Shown here one piece after another: positions 16,839-26,119 of a stretch of DNA of 56,445 nucleotides (positions within the stretch are counted from its first letter, which is position 1; each line of letters starts with the position of its first letter). Location: assembly GCA_038327245.1 (NCBI GenBank), contig JBBQKV010000001.1:1-56445 (forward strand), written 5' to 3'. The notes beneath the pieces are model-generated. The model searched no databases, was not told where the DNA came from, and worked only from the letters and a program-made list of their open reading frames with translations. The position numbers and the translations under genes were made by a program. Source of the stretch: Acidobacteriota bacterium (lineage in GTDB: Bacteria; Acidobacteriota; Thermoanaerobaculia; UBA5066; Gp7-AA6).

Positions 16839-17681
16839 ATGCAATCACGCCGGGTTCTACTTGCCGTAGCCATCGCCCTGATCGGCGGGATTTACTACTA
16901 CTGCAACCAGCAGGTCAACCCCGTCACTGGAGAAAAGCAGCACGTCTCCCTCACCCCGCAACAGGAGGTGGCTCTGGGGCTCCAGACCGCTCCCGAGATG
17001 GAGCAGCAGTTCGGGGGTCTCCACCCGGATCCGACCGTCCAGAGCACGGCCGAGCAGATCGGCGAGTCCATCGTGGCCCGGAGCGCGGCCCGCGGCTCCG
17101 GCTATCAGTACGACTTCCACGTTCTCCGCGACGACCAGACGATCAACGCCTTTGCTCTGCCGGGCGGACAGGTCTTCATCACCGGAGCGCTCCTGCGTCG
17201 CCTGCAGAGCGAGGCGCAGCTCGCCGGGGTCCTGGGGCACGAGATCGGGCACGTGGTGGGACGCCACTCCGCCGAGCAGCTGGCCAAGTCGCAGCTGACC
17301 GGCGCGCTCGTGGGGGCGGCCGGCGTCGCGGCCTCGTCGGACAACTCGAACGGACAACAGGGAGCCATGATCGCGGCGGCCGTGGGGCAGCTCGTCAACA
17401 TGAGGTTCGGGCGGAAGGACGAGCTCGAAGCGGACCAGTTCGGGGTCCGCTTCATGAGCGAGGCGGGCTACGACCCGAGGGCGCTCGAAGAGGTCATGAA
17501 AATTCTGGCCGAGGCCAGCAGCGGATCTTCGCGCCCCGAGTTCCTGAGCACGCACCCGGATCCCGGAAACCGGCTCGCGCAGATCGATGCCGAGATAAAG
17601 CAGAGGTTTCCGCAGGGCGTTCCGGCGAACCTGACCCGCGGCGACGACGCGAAGTTTGCGGCTCTGAAGGCGAAACTGTAG
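16839..17681 (+). CDS. M48-family zinc metallopeptidase
   Basis: ATG 16839 after AAGGAGGGG. TM/signal segment VLLAVAIALIGGIYYY. Zinc motif HEIGHVVGRHS. Confidence 0.85.
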   Translation: MQSRRVLLAVAIALIGGIYYYCNQQVNPVTGEKQHVSLTPQQEVALGLQTAPEMEQQFGGLHPDPTVQSTAEQIGESIVARSAARGSGYQYDFHVLRDDQTINAFALPGGQVFITGALLRRLQSEAQLAGVLGHEIGHVVGRHSAEQLAKSQLTGALVGAAGVAASSDNSNGQQGAMIAAAVGQLVNMRFGRKDELEADQFGVRFMSEAGYDPRALEEVMKILAEASSGSSRPEFLSTHPDPGNRLAQIDAEIKQRFPQGVPANLTRGDDAKFAALKAKL

Positions 17682-17697
17682 AGCGGAAGTCCCGAGT

Positions 17698-19059
17698 TCA
17701 GTGGGGGGAGTAGCGGACGATCTTCCCGCCCTTCATCACGAAGAAGACCTTTTCGGTCGCGTGGATGTCGGCGAGAGGATCTCCCGGGACCGCCACGATG
17801 TCCGCCTCTTTCCCCTTCTCGAGGGTCCCGATCCGGCTGGCGAGCCCGAGGAGATCCGCCGCGGCCGGTCCCGAGGTCCGGAGGGCCGCGGCCGGGCTCA
17901 TTCCGAGGCCGACCATCAGGGAGAACTCCCTCGCCGAGAGCCCGTGCGGCGAGACTCCTGCGTCCGTTCCGAACGCGATCTTGACGCCGATCTTCAACGC
18001 GCGCCGGAACATGTCGGATCGCGCCGCCAGAGCCGCGCGGGCCTTGGCCGCGATCTCGGGCGGGAACTTGTCGGCCTTTCCTCCCGTCCACTCCCCCGCG
18101 AGGAGCGTCGGAACGAGGTAGGTGCCCTTCGCCTTCATGAGCGCGAGCGTTTCGTCCGTCAGGAACGAGCCGTGCTCGATCGAGTCGACGCCCGCCCGGA
18201 CCGCGGCCCGCGCCGCGAGATCTCCGTGGGCGTGCGCCGCGGTCTTGCGCCCCAGCCGATGGGCCTCGTCCACGATGGCCGAAAGCTCCTCGTCCGTCAG
18301 CTGGGGAGCGGCGACGTCGTCGGCGAGCGACAGGACTCCTCCCGACGCGCACATCTTGATCACGGTCGCGCCGTACTTCACGTTCAGCCGCACGGCCTGG
18401 CGGGCCTCGTCGGCGCCGTGGACGATTCCCTTGTCCGGGCCGGACTCCGGACCGAAAGTGCCGGGAGGAAATCCGGTCTGATCGCAGTGGCCTCCGGTCG
18501 CGCCGATGGCGTCGCGCGCCACGATCATCCGCGGCCCGGGGACCAGCCCCCGCTCGATGACGTTTCGAAGTCCCACGTCGACCGAGTCGTTCGACCCGAC
18601 GTCGCGCACCGTGGTGAACCCGGACTCGAGCGTCCGGCGCGCGTACGCCGCGGCGAAGAGAGCCCGCTCGGCCACGGGTCGGCGAAGCCCCTCGTAGAAG
18701 TCGGCGAGCCAGTTCTCGGACGCCTCCATCGTCAGGTGCGTGTGCGAGTCGATGAAACCCGACAGGAGCGTGGCGTCGCCCAGGTCGAGGGCCGTGGCGT
18801 CCGGCGGTATGGCGAGGCCCGCGCCCGCCTCGCGGATCCGGGTTCCCTCGATGATGATTACGGCGTTCGCGACGGCGCGATCCGAACGGCCGTCGAACAT
18901 GCGCGCCGCCTTGAGAACCGTGAGCCGGGGAGCCCCCGGGGTTGCGACGGGCGAAGGCGAAGTGCCAGCCGGCGGAGCCGCAGGCGGCGGATTCTGGAGC
19001 GCCAGAGCCGCGAGCGACGCCGCGCCGAGGAGCGCCGCGAGGAAGTGGACTTTCTTCAT
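17698..19059 (-). CDS. Secreted metal-dependent amidohydrolase (imidazolonepropionase-like superfamily)
   Basis: ATG 19059 (MKKVHFLAALLGAASLAALALQ) overlaps the GTPase stop (ATGA). Motifs GFIDSHTHL, AHAHG, FGTDAG. Confidence 0.85.
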   Translation of the reverse strand: MKKVHFLAALLGAASLAALALQNPPPAAPPAGTSPSPVATPGAPRLTVLKAARMFDGRSDRAVANAVIIIEGTRIREAGAGLAIPPDATALDLGDATLLSGFIDSHTHLTMEASENWLADFYEGLRRPVAERALFAAAYARRTLESGFTTVRDVGSNDSVDVGLRNVIERGLVPGPRMIVARDAIGATGGHCDQTGFPPGTFGPESGPDKGIVHGADEARQAVRLNVKYGATVIKMCASGGVLSLADDVAAPQLTDEELSAIVDEAHRLGRKTAAHAHGDLAARAAVRAGVDSIEHGSFLTDETLALMKAKGTYLVPTLLAGEWTGGKADKFPPEIAAKARAALAARSDMFRRALKIGVKIAFGTDAGVSPHGLSAREFSLMVGLGMSPAAALRTSGPAAADLLGLASRIGTLEKGKEADIVAVPGDPLADIHATEKVFFVMKGGKIVRYSPH

Positions 19060-19562
19060 CGGACCGACTCGGCCGCCATCTTGCGCGCCAGGGCCACGAA
19101 CGCCGGCTCGACCCCGTCGCCGGTCTTCGCGCTCGTCTTGATCGCGGTCCATCCGCGCTTTCCGAGCTCTTCGATCGCGGCGTCGTCGATCTCCCACTTC
19201 TCCGCGAGATCGGCCTTGTTGACCATGAGAACGAAGGGTACCTTGCCGATCGTTTCCTCCGTCCGGTTCTGAAGGACCACCGCTTTCTCGAGCGTCTCCC
19301 GGCGGGTGCCGTCCACGACCAGGACGTAGCCCGCCGAGCCCCGAAGGTACGAAGCCCGGATCTTCTGGAACTCGTCCTCGCCGTAGAGGTCCCACAGGAG
19401 GAGGTCCATCTGTTCCTGCCCGAGCGCGACGACCTTTTTGTCCACCTTGACGCCGACCGTGGTGTGGTACTTGTCGGAAAAAAGGCTCCGCACGAACCGG
19501 CTGACGAGACTCGTCTTTCCCACGGCGGACGCGCCCAGCATGCAGATCTTCTTCTGGATCAT
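19056..19562 (-). CDS. Small Ras/Rab-like GTPase
   Basis: MIQKKICMLGASAVGKTS (G1), TTVGV (G2), WDLYGEDEF (G3, with Glu where Ras has Gln61), NKADL (G4), TSAK (G5). Both ends overlap neighbouring genes by ATGA. Confidence 0.85.
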   Translation of the reverse strand: MIQKKICMLGASAVGKTSLVSRFVRSLFSDKYHTTVGVKVDKKVVALGQEQMDLLLWDLYGEDEFQKIRASYLRGSAGYVLVVDGTRRETLEKAVVLQNRTEETIGKVPFVLMVNKADLAEKWEIDDAAIEELGKRGWTAIKTSAKTGDGVEPAFVALARKMAAESVR

Positions 19563-21379
19563 CAGCGCGGCGATCCTGCCCGATTCCGCGCCCCCAGGAC
19601 AAGGTGAAAAGAGACGCTGCGGTTCCACTCCCGGTCGTTCTCGGTCACTTCCGGCCGGAGCGGCCGCTCCGATCCGACGCCGTCCGCGGCGAGCGTCAGC
19701 GCCCCGGCGCCCGGGGGCGAGAGCTGCGCCGCGACGCGTTCGGCGCGCCGTCGGCTCAAGGCCAGGTTCGCTTCTTCGGTCCCGATGCTGTCGCCGCGCC
19801 CGACGACCTCGATCCGGACCGGAACGCCGAGGGCCGCTGCCAGGCGCCGGACCTCTTCGACGTCCCGCGCCGCGTCGCGGAGCTTCGCGCTCTCGGCCGG
19901 CGGCAACTCGGAAGAGCCGCGCGCAAAGAGGAGAACCCTCCCCTCGATCCGCTTCCGCAGCGCCTCCAGCCGTCCGGCGTCCTCGTCGGTCAGCGCGGAG
20001 TCGTCGTACCGCACGATCCCGGCAATTGCCCGGGATCGCCCTCTTGCTTCCTCGATCCATCGACGCGGCGCCGACCCCGCCGCCACGAGCGCGCCGTCCC
20101 GGGCGGAAAGCTCCACCGTGGCCGGCGCCTCCAGGACGTACCGCGCGTGCTTCGCGATGAGCTCGGGCGCGAGGGCCTGGTACGGTTTCCACTCACTCGC
20201 CACTTTCCGGGAAGAGAGATCGGAGCCGGCGAGCATTGCGACCGGATCCGCCGCCAGCGGATCGCGAAGGCCCTTCACGAAGAATCGCCCACCGCGTCTC
20301 CCCTCAGCCGTGACCACTACCCCGGGCTCCGAGGCAAGTCGGCCGAGATAGGCGTCCCAGCGCCGGTTCCGGCGGACGGCGACGAACGCCCAGATCCCGA
20401 TGGCGACGACCAGCACTGCCAAGGCGGCGCGCAGGAACCGGATCGCGCGGCGGTTGCGGAACCCCGGTACCCGGTCCGCTTTTTTCTGCCGCTCCCCCTT
20501 CATGCAGGCCTCGAGGTGCGGACGGCTGCGCTCGAACGACGCCGCGTCCCCCTCGAATGCCTGGAGCGCGCCCGCGGTTTCCAGGTGAATCTTTTCGATC
20601 GCATCGGTGAAGACCCCGCGCAGGTCCTTCGGCGCGTTTCCGCGAATGACGGCGGCGAGAGCCGCGAGCGGGCCCTGCTCGACCCACACCGACAGCTCCC
20701 CGACCTGGAAGGTGTCGAGAGACTCCCCCTCCTTCCCGCCGAAGGAATCCTGGACGAAGTCGCGGATCGCCGTCAGCATCCCGGCGATCATGTCGGCGTC
20801 GCCGACGCCGGCGCCGGCGCCGGCGCCGGTCGCCGAGACGTGCTGAAGGAGAAGCCCGGTCTTCCGGTGGATCAGGAAAACCTGCTCGACGCGGTACACG
20901 AGGGTGCGGAGAAGAATCACCTCGGCGAGAGGCTTCCCGGTCCGCCACGCTTCGAGCCGCCACCGGACGCCCTGGGCGGTGAAGCTGCGCTCGAGAGTCT
21001 CGTTGAAGGATTCGAGCATGGAGGCGAGCGCGCTCGCGATGGCTTTCCGGGTCGCCGGGCCCATGACCGGGAAGAGCGCGTCCACTAAGACCTGCGGGTC
21101 GCGGCGGACCGAGGTCAAAATCGCGTCTTCCACCGTCGGCTGGAGAGCGCGGGCGAGCTTATCGTCGCGGGCGGTGCGAAGGGCGATCGCTTCGGGCAGG
21201 ACACTGCTGACGTCCTCCGCGTGAATCTCGGGGTCGTCCAGGCGTTCCTGGATCCTGGAGACCTGCTCCTCCTCCGCCACAAGCAGGAGGCGGCGGAGCT
21301 CCTTCAGCGCATCGGAAGGCGGGAGGGACGAAGTGTCGGCCGACTCGTTCCCGTTGCCGCGGCCGGCCGGGTCATCCAC
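19562..21379 (-). CDS. Single-pass membrane protein: cytoplasmic Roadblock-like region + periplasmic OmpA/MotB-like C-terminal domain
   Basis: 605 aa. TM helix AIRFLRAALAVLVVAIGIWAFVAV near residue 315. N-terminal part VFLIHRKTGLLLQHV...DMIAGMLTAIRDFVQDSF...GPLAALAAVIRG. C-terminal part LLFARGSSEL...VVGRGDSIGTEEANLALSRRRAERVAAQL. Confidence 0.75.
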   Translation of the reverse strand: MDDPAGRGNGNESADTSSLPPSDALKELRRLLLVAEEEQVSRIQERLDDPEIHAEDVSSVLPEAIALRTARDDKLARALQPTVEDAILTSVRRDPQVLVDALFPVMGPATRKAIASALASMLESFNETLERSFTAQGVRWRLEAWRTGKPLAEVILLRTLVYRVEQVFLIHRKTGLLLQHVSATGAGAGAGVGDADMIAGMLTAIRDFVQDSFGGKEGESLDTFQVGELSVWVEQGPLAALAAVIRGNAPKDLRGVFTDAIEKIHLETAGALQAFEGDAASFERSRPHLEACMKGERQKKADRVPGFRNRRAIRFLRAALAVLVVAIGIWAFVAVRRNRRWDAYLGRLASEPGVVVTAEGRRGGRFFVKGLRDPLAADPVAMLAGSDLSSRKVASEWKPYQALAPELIAKHARYVLEAPATVELSARDGALVAAGSAPRRWIEEARGRSRAIAGIVRYDDSALTDEDAGRLEALRKRIEGRVLLFARGSSELPPAESAKLRDAARDVEEVRRLAAALGVPVRIEVVGRGDSIGTEEANLALSRRRAERVAAQLSPPGAGALTLAADGVGSERPLRPEVTENDREWNRSVSFHLVLGARNRAGSPR

Positions 21380-21441
21380 GGGGACGCCCCGGGCGATGCA
21401 GTTGCGGTCTCAACCCCGTCGGAGGGCCGCCCCGCCGCCGG

Positions 21442-22038
21442 TCACTGCTTTCCGGGGGTCTTGGACTCATTCGTGAGCCGCATCGCGGCCTCCGTGAAGA
21501 GGCCGGCGAGCGCCGTCCGGTCGGTCTTTTCGGCGCGCAGCTCCTTGATTTCCTTGGAAAGCGCGGCCGCGCTCTCCCGGATCCGCGTGCGGATTTCCTC
21601 GGTCAGCGCCTTGGACTGATCCAGGATCTGCTGCCGCAGCTCCCGCTGGCTCCTCGTCGCCTGCTCGTCGAGTGCGCCGAGCTTTTTCTCGAGACCCTTG
21701 GCCGTCTCGCGCAGCTCCCGGGACAGGTCCTTGCCCGCGTCCATCCGCTCCTCCTGCTCGCCGCGCAAGCGGTCCGCCAGGGACTCGACCTCCTTGCGGA
21801 TGAAGCTCTCCAGGGAATCGAACCGCTTCTTCGTTTCGGCGCGGGAGTCCGCGGTCTCCTTCAGGAGGCGCTCTTCGAGGCGCGCGAACTTCTTCTCGAA
21901 GTCGTCGACCTGGGCGCCGAAGAGGATGTCGCGGATCTTTTCGAGGTTCGCCCCGCCCGCCTTGTCAGTCCCAGCCGGCGCGGCTTCCTTCTTCGCGGGC
22001 GAGCCGTTGCCCTTCTTCGGATCCTCGGAAGTCATCAT
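21442..22038 (-). CDS. Coiled-coil protein (hypothetical)
   Basis: Heptad-rich, charged sequence (LEKIRDILFGAQVDDFEKKFARLEERLLKE...). Start placed at ATG 22038 after GGGAGG. An alternative GTG at 22104 would overlap the upstream stop (GTGA). Confidence 0.6.
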   Translation of the reverse strand: MMTSEDPKKGNGSPAKKEAAPAGTDKAGGANLEKIRDILFGAQVDDFEKKFARLEERLLKETADSRAETKKRFDSLESFIRKEVESLADRLRGEQEERMDAGKDLSRELRETAKGLEKKLGALDEQATRSQRELRQQILDQSKALTEEIRTRIRESAAALSKEIKELRAEKTDRTALAGLFTEAAMRLTNESKTPGKQ

Positions 22039-22100
22039 GGTTCTGCGCCTCCCTGCCTTTTTTTTGGAGCGCCGGTCGTTCGCTCCCCTCGCGGCGGACT

Positions 22101-22544
22101 TCACCGGGGTCTCCGCTCCTCCGCCCGCTTTCGCTCGCGCCGCTTGAGTGTGCTCGTTCTCGCCTTCTGAAGCATGGATTGTTTCTCGTCGTGAAACAGC
22201 GTCTGGTTCTCGATCAGCACGATCTTCCGCGGCCCCAGGCAGACCGCCGTGGCCTCGAGGTGAACCTCTTCCCCCAGCGGTCCCGTCTCCGACCAGAGGC
22301 CCGACCTCAGCCGGCCCGCCCCGGTGGACGACCAGAACGCCTCGGCATCCAGGAGAAAGTTCTCGAAGAACGGGAAACCGATCGCGCTGTCGAGCGCCTC
22401 CGGTCCGGCCTCGGCGCCCGGGCGGAGAGCGAGGAACCAGGCGGGCGCCGGACCGATCTTCCGGAACCGGCCGCCGGCTTCCCGCTCCAGAACGAGGATC
22501 CCCAGGACGGCAAAGACGTCGGACCCGATGGACTGTTCGGTCAT
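22101..22544 (-). CDS. Hypothetical protein, first gene of the GTPase operon
   Basis: 147-aa ORF (MTEQSIGSDVFAVLGILVLERE...FPFFENFLLDAEAFW...) with a basic tail. Coding-like composition; no motif recognised. Confidence 0.55.
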   Translation of the reverse strand: MTEQSIGSDVFAVLGILVLEREAGGRFRKIGPAPAWFLALRPGAEAGPEALDSAIGFPFFENFLLDAEAFWSSTGAGRLRSGLWSETGPLGEEVHLEATAVCLGPRKIVLIENQTLFHDEKQSMLQKARTSTLKRRERKRAEERRPR

Positions 22545-22611
22545 TTCACGCCAATGGGGGAAGAGGGGCGTTTCTTAGCATAGGGCGGGGGGCGGGGCAA
22601 CCCGCAACCGC

Positions 22612-23934
22612 TCAGACCTGGGCCGGCGCCTCTTTCCCACGCCCGCGGGCCGTGGCGTAGATGAGGGCCCCGACGGCGAGCGCGACCCCGCCCGCGATCC
22701 AGTTCTTCCGCTCCGCGGCCGAGAGAAACAGGAGGCAGATGGCGAGCGCCGCGATCGGGATGAGGGGCCCGCCGGGAAGCCGGATCGTCCGAGCCGTGGC
22801 CGGCAGCTTGCGGCGCAGGACCGGCACCGCGGCGGCCGTCCCGATGTAGGTCGCGAGCCGGGCGATCGCCGACAGCACGGCGAGCTCCTCGGCGGTTCCG
22901 GTCAACATGAGGAGGAGAGCCACGCCGGTCTGCGTCAAGATCGCCACGTGGGGCGTCCGGTAGCGCGGATGGATCTTTCCGAAGACCGCGGGAAGCTTGC
23001 CCATCTCCGCGAGCGCGTAGAGGTATCGCGGGCCCGCGAGGACCGTGTTGTTGTTGGTCCCCAGGACCGACAGCACCGCGCCGAGCGTCAGGATCAGCCC
23101 CCCGACCGGGCCGATCATCATCGCGGCCGCGTCGGCAAGCGGCGTCGGCGAGGCGCCGAGGTTGGGCACCGTTCCCAGGGCCACGAGCTGCACGGCCGTA
23201 TAGATCGCGGTGACGATCACGATCTGGATGATCAACGCGAACGGCACGTCGCGCTTCGGATCCAGGAATTCGCCGGCGGGAGCGGGAGTGTTCTCGAAGC
23301 CGGCGTACGCGAACAGCACGAGAAGCGCGGCCTTCATGAAGTTGGCGCGCTCCGGCATCGGGACCGGAAAGATGCGGTTCCAGTCGACCCAGAAGATGCC
23401 GACCGCCACGAAGAGCACGAGCGGCACTACCTTTCCCCAGGCGAGGACCACCGCCGTGCGTGCGCCGGACTTGACCCCCCGGACGTTGATCCACGTGAGG
23501 ACGAGGAGCGGCAGCACGATGGTCACCCACTGGCCGACGCCGCTCTTCGCGGCGGGCCAGAGGTACCCCACCGCGCGCGCGAAGAAGACCGACAGTCCCG
23601 CGATCGAGGAGATGCGCGCGATCCACGTCATCCAGCCGACCTCGAAACCGACGAAGTTGCCGAAGGCGGCCTGCGTGTAGACGATGGCGCCGCCCGGGCG
23701 GTCGAAGAGGCTCGAGGCTTCCGCGAAGCAGAGGACGAGGAGCAGCACCGCGAACCCCGCGACCAGAATGGCCCACACGCTCGCAGGACCCAGGAGCAGC
23801 GCAGCGGCGACCGGAAGGATCAGGTAGACGCCGCTCCCGATGACGTCGTTGACCGAGAGCGCGACGATCTGCCAGCGCGAGACCGCCCGCAGGAGGCCGG
23901 TCTTCTGGTCTACGTGCTCGCGTCCGGAGGCCAA
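22612..23934 (-). CDS. APC-superfamily amino-acid permease
   Basis: 440 aa with about 12 hydrophobic segments. N-terminal LSVNDVIGSGVYLILP is typical of amino-acid/polyamine permeases. Confidence 0.8.
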   Translation of the reverse strand: MASGREHVDQKTGLLRAVSRWQIVALSVNDVIGSGVYLILPVAAALLLGPASVWAILVAGFAVLLLVLCFAEASSLFDRPGGAIVYTQAAFGNFVGFEVGWMTWIARISSIAGLSVFFARAVGYLWPAAKSGVGQWVTIVLPLLVLTWINVRGVKSGARTAVVLAWGKVVPLVLFVAVGIFWVDWNRIFPVPMPERANFMKAALLVLFAYAGFENTPAPAGEFLDPKRDVPFALIIQIVIVTAIYTAVQLVALGTVPNLGASPTPLADAAAMMIGPVGGLILTLGAVLSVLGTNNNTVLAGPRYLYALAEMGKLPAVFGKIHPRYRTPHVAILTQTGVALLLMLTGTAEELAVLSAIARLATYIGTAAAVPVLRRKLPATARTIRLPGGPLIPIAALAICLLFLSAAERKNWIAGGVALAVGALIYATARGRGKEAPAQV

Positions 23935-23974
23935 AGTCCGGCTATTCTCTGACGGGATCTTCCGAGGTCCAACG

Positions 23975-23998
23975 AAAAAGCCCCGGAATCACCGGGGC
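23975..23998 (-). terminator. Rho-independent terminator after the M15 peptidase gene
   Basis: Minus strand: GCCCCGG-tgatt-CCGGGGC followed by TTTTT, 30 nt after the stop at 24029. Confidence 0.7.
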
Positions 23999-24028
23999 CA
24001 CTTCGGACACAGGACTTCGGACCCAGGA

Positions 24029-24910
24029 CTACCCGTTCCACCTCGCCCGGGTCCCGCGCGCGTCGATGTGGACGAAGGGGCCGTGAGCGGAGGTCGCCGG
24101 ATAAATTCCGACTCCGCCGACGAGCTCCGGGTTCGCGATCTCGACCGCCTCGGCCGCGGAAGCCACGATCTTCGCGTCCTTCAGATCGACGTGGCCGTCC
24201 CGGTTCAAGTCGTCCAGCCGGCCGTCGTGGTCGTCGTCAGGATAGACGTCGGCGGCGTCGCCGTACTGGTGGCGGGAGACGGCGGAGCGACCGCCGACGC
24301 CGACCCCCTGCTCGTTGTACTGCGGCGTGCGGAATCCGCTCATGACCGAAAAGCTCTTGACCCGATAACCCATGCGGTTGATCTGCGCGATCGTCAGCTC
24401 GAGCTTGTCGAGGAGCCGCCGGTCGAGGACGAGGTACTTCGGCCACACCTTGCTCTGGTCATGGGTGACGAAATCGCCCAGCTTGAAGTGCTCGGAGACG
24501 CTCGTTCCGAAAGTGTCGTGGGTGACCTCGATGAACCCCTTCGGCGTGGCGTAGCTCGCGCTGCGCGGCGTTTTCCCCTCGTACGGCCAGTTGCCCATCC
24601 GGTACGTGCCGATCCGACCGTTGACCTTCGCCGAAAACGGCTTCAGAACGATCAGCGAGAGCTTCTGAAGAGCCACCTCGGCGGCCGTGCCGGAGCCGGC
24701 GAGGGGATACACGCCGGCCTCGCCGTTCCCCGCCGCGGGGCCGAGGGCCGGGTCGCCGGGGAGCGTGAAGATCGCCTTCAGCTTGCCCGACGCACCGATC
24801 AGGGCCGAGATCGAGCCAAGAGAGGTCGCGGAAGTTCCCCGAACCGGGAGAAGGGACAGCGCCAGGAGGACCGACGCCGCAACGAAGAAACGGATGAGCC
24901 GGCCGTTCAT
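24029..24910 (-). CDS. Secreted LAS-family (M15-like) zinc peptidase with an acidic DxDxDG-type insert
   Basis: ATG 24910 (MNGRLIRFFVAASVLLALSLLPVRG). SxHxxGxAxD motif SRHQYGDAAD and a downstream FVHID. Insert DDDHDGRLDDLNRDGHVDLKD. Confidence 0.75.
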   Translation of the reverse strand: MNGRLIRFFVAASVLLALSLLPVRGTSATSLGSISALIGASGKLKAIFTLPGDPALGPAAGNGEAGVYPLAGSGTAAEVALQKLSLIVLKPFSAKVNGRIGTYRMGNWPYEGKTPRSASYATPKGFIEVTHDTFGTSVSEHFKLGDFVTHDQSKVWPKYLVLDRRLLDKLELTIAQINRMGYRVKSFSVMSGFRTPQYNEQGVGVGGRSAVSRHQYGDAADVYPDDDHDGRLDDLNRDGHVDLKDAKIVASAAEAVEIANPELVGGVGIYPATSAHGPFVHIDARGTRARWNG

Positions 24911-25040
24911 AGACACGGTTGGGCGGTCCTTTCTATCGACAAAATGACCGGAAAATTGCGGTCCCATCGTAGGAGATGTCGTTGCCGGGGGCAAGAGGGG
25001 GAACCGGCCTCCCGGGGCCCCTATTCCGGGTGACGGGCCT

Positions 25041-26084
25041 TTACCCCGGTAGGAAGAAAAAAGCCACGGCGGCGATCAGGTACAGCGACAGGAGCTGGAC
25101 GCCCTCCAGCCAGTTGGTCTCTCCATCCAGGGAAATGTGGGCAAATATGGCAGACGACGCGAACAGGGTCACCAGCTCGATGGGCTGAAAAATCAGGTCC
25201 ATGGGCCGGATCCAGAGGCTCAGGATGACCAGGAGCGGCGCCACGAAGACCGCGATCTGGGTGGACGAATTGGCCGCGATCGAGAGGGCCAGGTCCATCT
25301 TGTTGCGGCTGGCGAAGACGATCGCGCTGTAGTTCTCGGCCACGTTTCCGAGGATCGGAATCACGATCAGGCCGATGAAGAACCGCGAGAGGCCCAGGTC
25401 GCGGGACACCGCCTCGATCGACCCGACGAGGAGCTCGCTCGCGACCACGGTCCCGACGACGGACGCGCCGAGGACCAGGAAGACCCGCTGCAGGGTCCAC
25501 TTCCCGGCCGGGTCCCCGAGGTCGACGGCCTCGCGCGTCTCGCGATGCTTCGAAAAGTACGAGAAGTAAATGTACGCCGCATAGGTCAGCAGGAGGAGGA
25601 TCGAGACTCCGACGGAGACTTCTTCCCGGACGAAGGCCTTGCGCTCGACCGTCGCGAAAACCGCGGGCAGCGCCATGCCGGAGACCGCGAGGATCATCAT
25701 CGCGGCGTGGCGACCGGTTGGCCCCACCGGAAACTTCTGAGTTCCATGCCGCACTCCGCCGACGAAAGCCGAGAGGCCGAGCACCAGCAGGGTGTTGCCG
25801 ATGATGGCGCCGACCAGGGAGGCCTTCACGACGTCCACGAGACCGGCCTTGAGCGCGAAGATCGTGAGGATGAGCTCCGCCGCGTTTCCGAAGGTGGCGT
25901 TCATGAGGCCGCCGAGCCCGGCTCCCATCCGACCCGCGGCCTGTTCGGTCGCGCGGCCGATCCAGCCCGCCAGCGGCAGGAGCGTTACGGCGGCCGCGGC
26001 GAACGTCGCCCACTCGGGCCAGTGGAGGAGTCGGGACGCGACCGCAATCGGAAGCGCCACGAGAAGGAGGGAGAAGCGGCGCAC
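25041..26084 (-). CDS. Ca2+/H+ antiporter (CaCA/CAX family)
   Basis: 347 aa with about 11 TM segments. Two alpha-repeat signatures, GNAAELI and GNVAENY. Confidence 0.85.
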   Translation of the reverse strand: MRRFSLLLVALPIAVASRLLHWPEWATFAAAAVTLLPLAGWIGRATEQAAGRMGAGLGGLMNATFGNAAELILTIFALKAGLVDVVKASLVGAIIGNTLLVLGLSAFVGGVRHGTQKFPVGPTGRHAAMMILAVSGMALPAVFATVERKAFVREEVSVGVSILLLLTYAAYIYFSYFSKHRETREAVDLGDPAGKWTLQRVFLVLGASVVGTVVASELLVGSIEAVSRDLGLSRFFIGLIVIPILGNVAENYSAIVFASRNKMDLALSIAANSSTQIAVFVAPLLVILSLWIRPMDLIFQPIELVTLFASSAIFAHISLDGETNWLEGVQLLSLYLIAAVAFFFLPG

Positions 26085-26119
26085 GGCCGCCGATCATAGG
26101 GCAACGCTAGACTGCCGCG

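Noticed and set aside
17698-19602. 634-aa ORF suggesting a much longer amidohydrolase
   Set aside because: The first 181 codons overlap the GTPase gene in another frame and are Arg/Gly-rich. The signal peptide at MKKVHF and the ATGA overlap define the real start at 19059.
19056-20192. 378-aa version of the GTPase ORF
   Set aside because: Its N-terminal 210 codons overlap the OmpA-like gene out of frame. The P-loop lies 8 residues after MIQKK (19562), which also overlaps the upstream stop.
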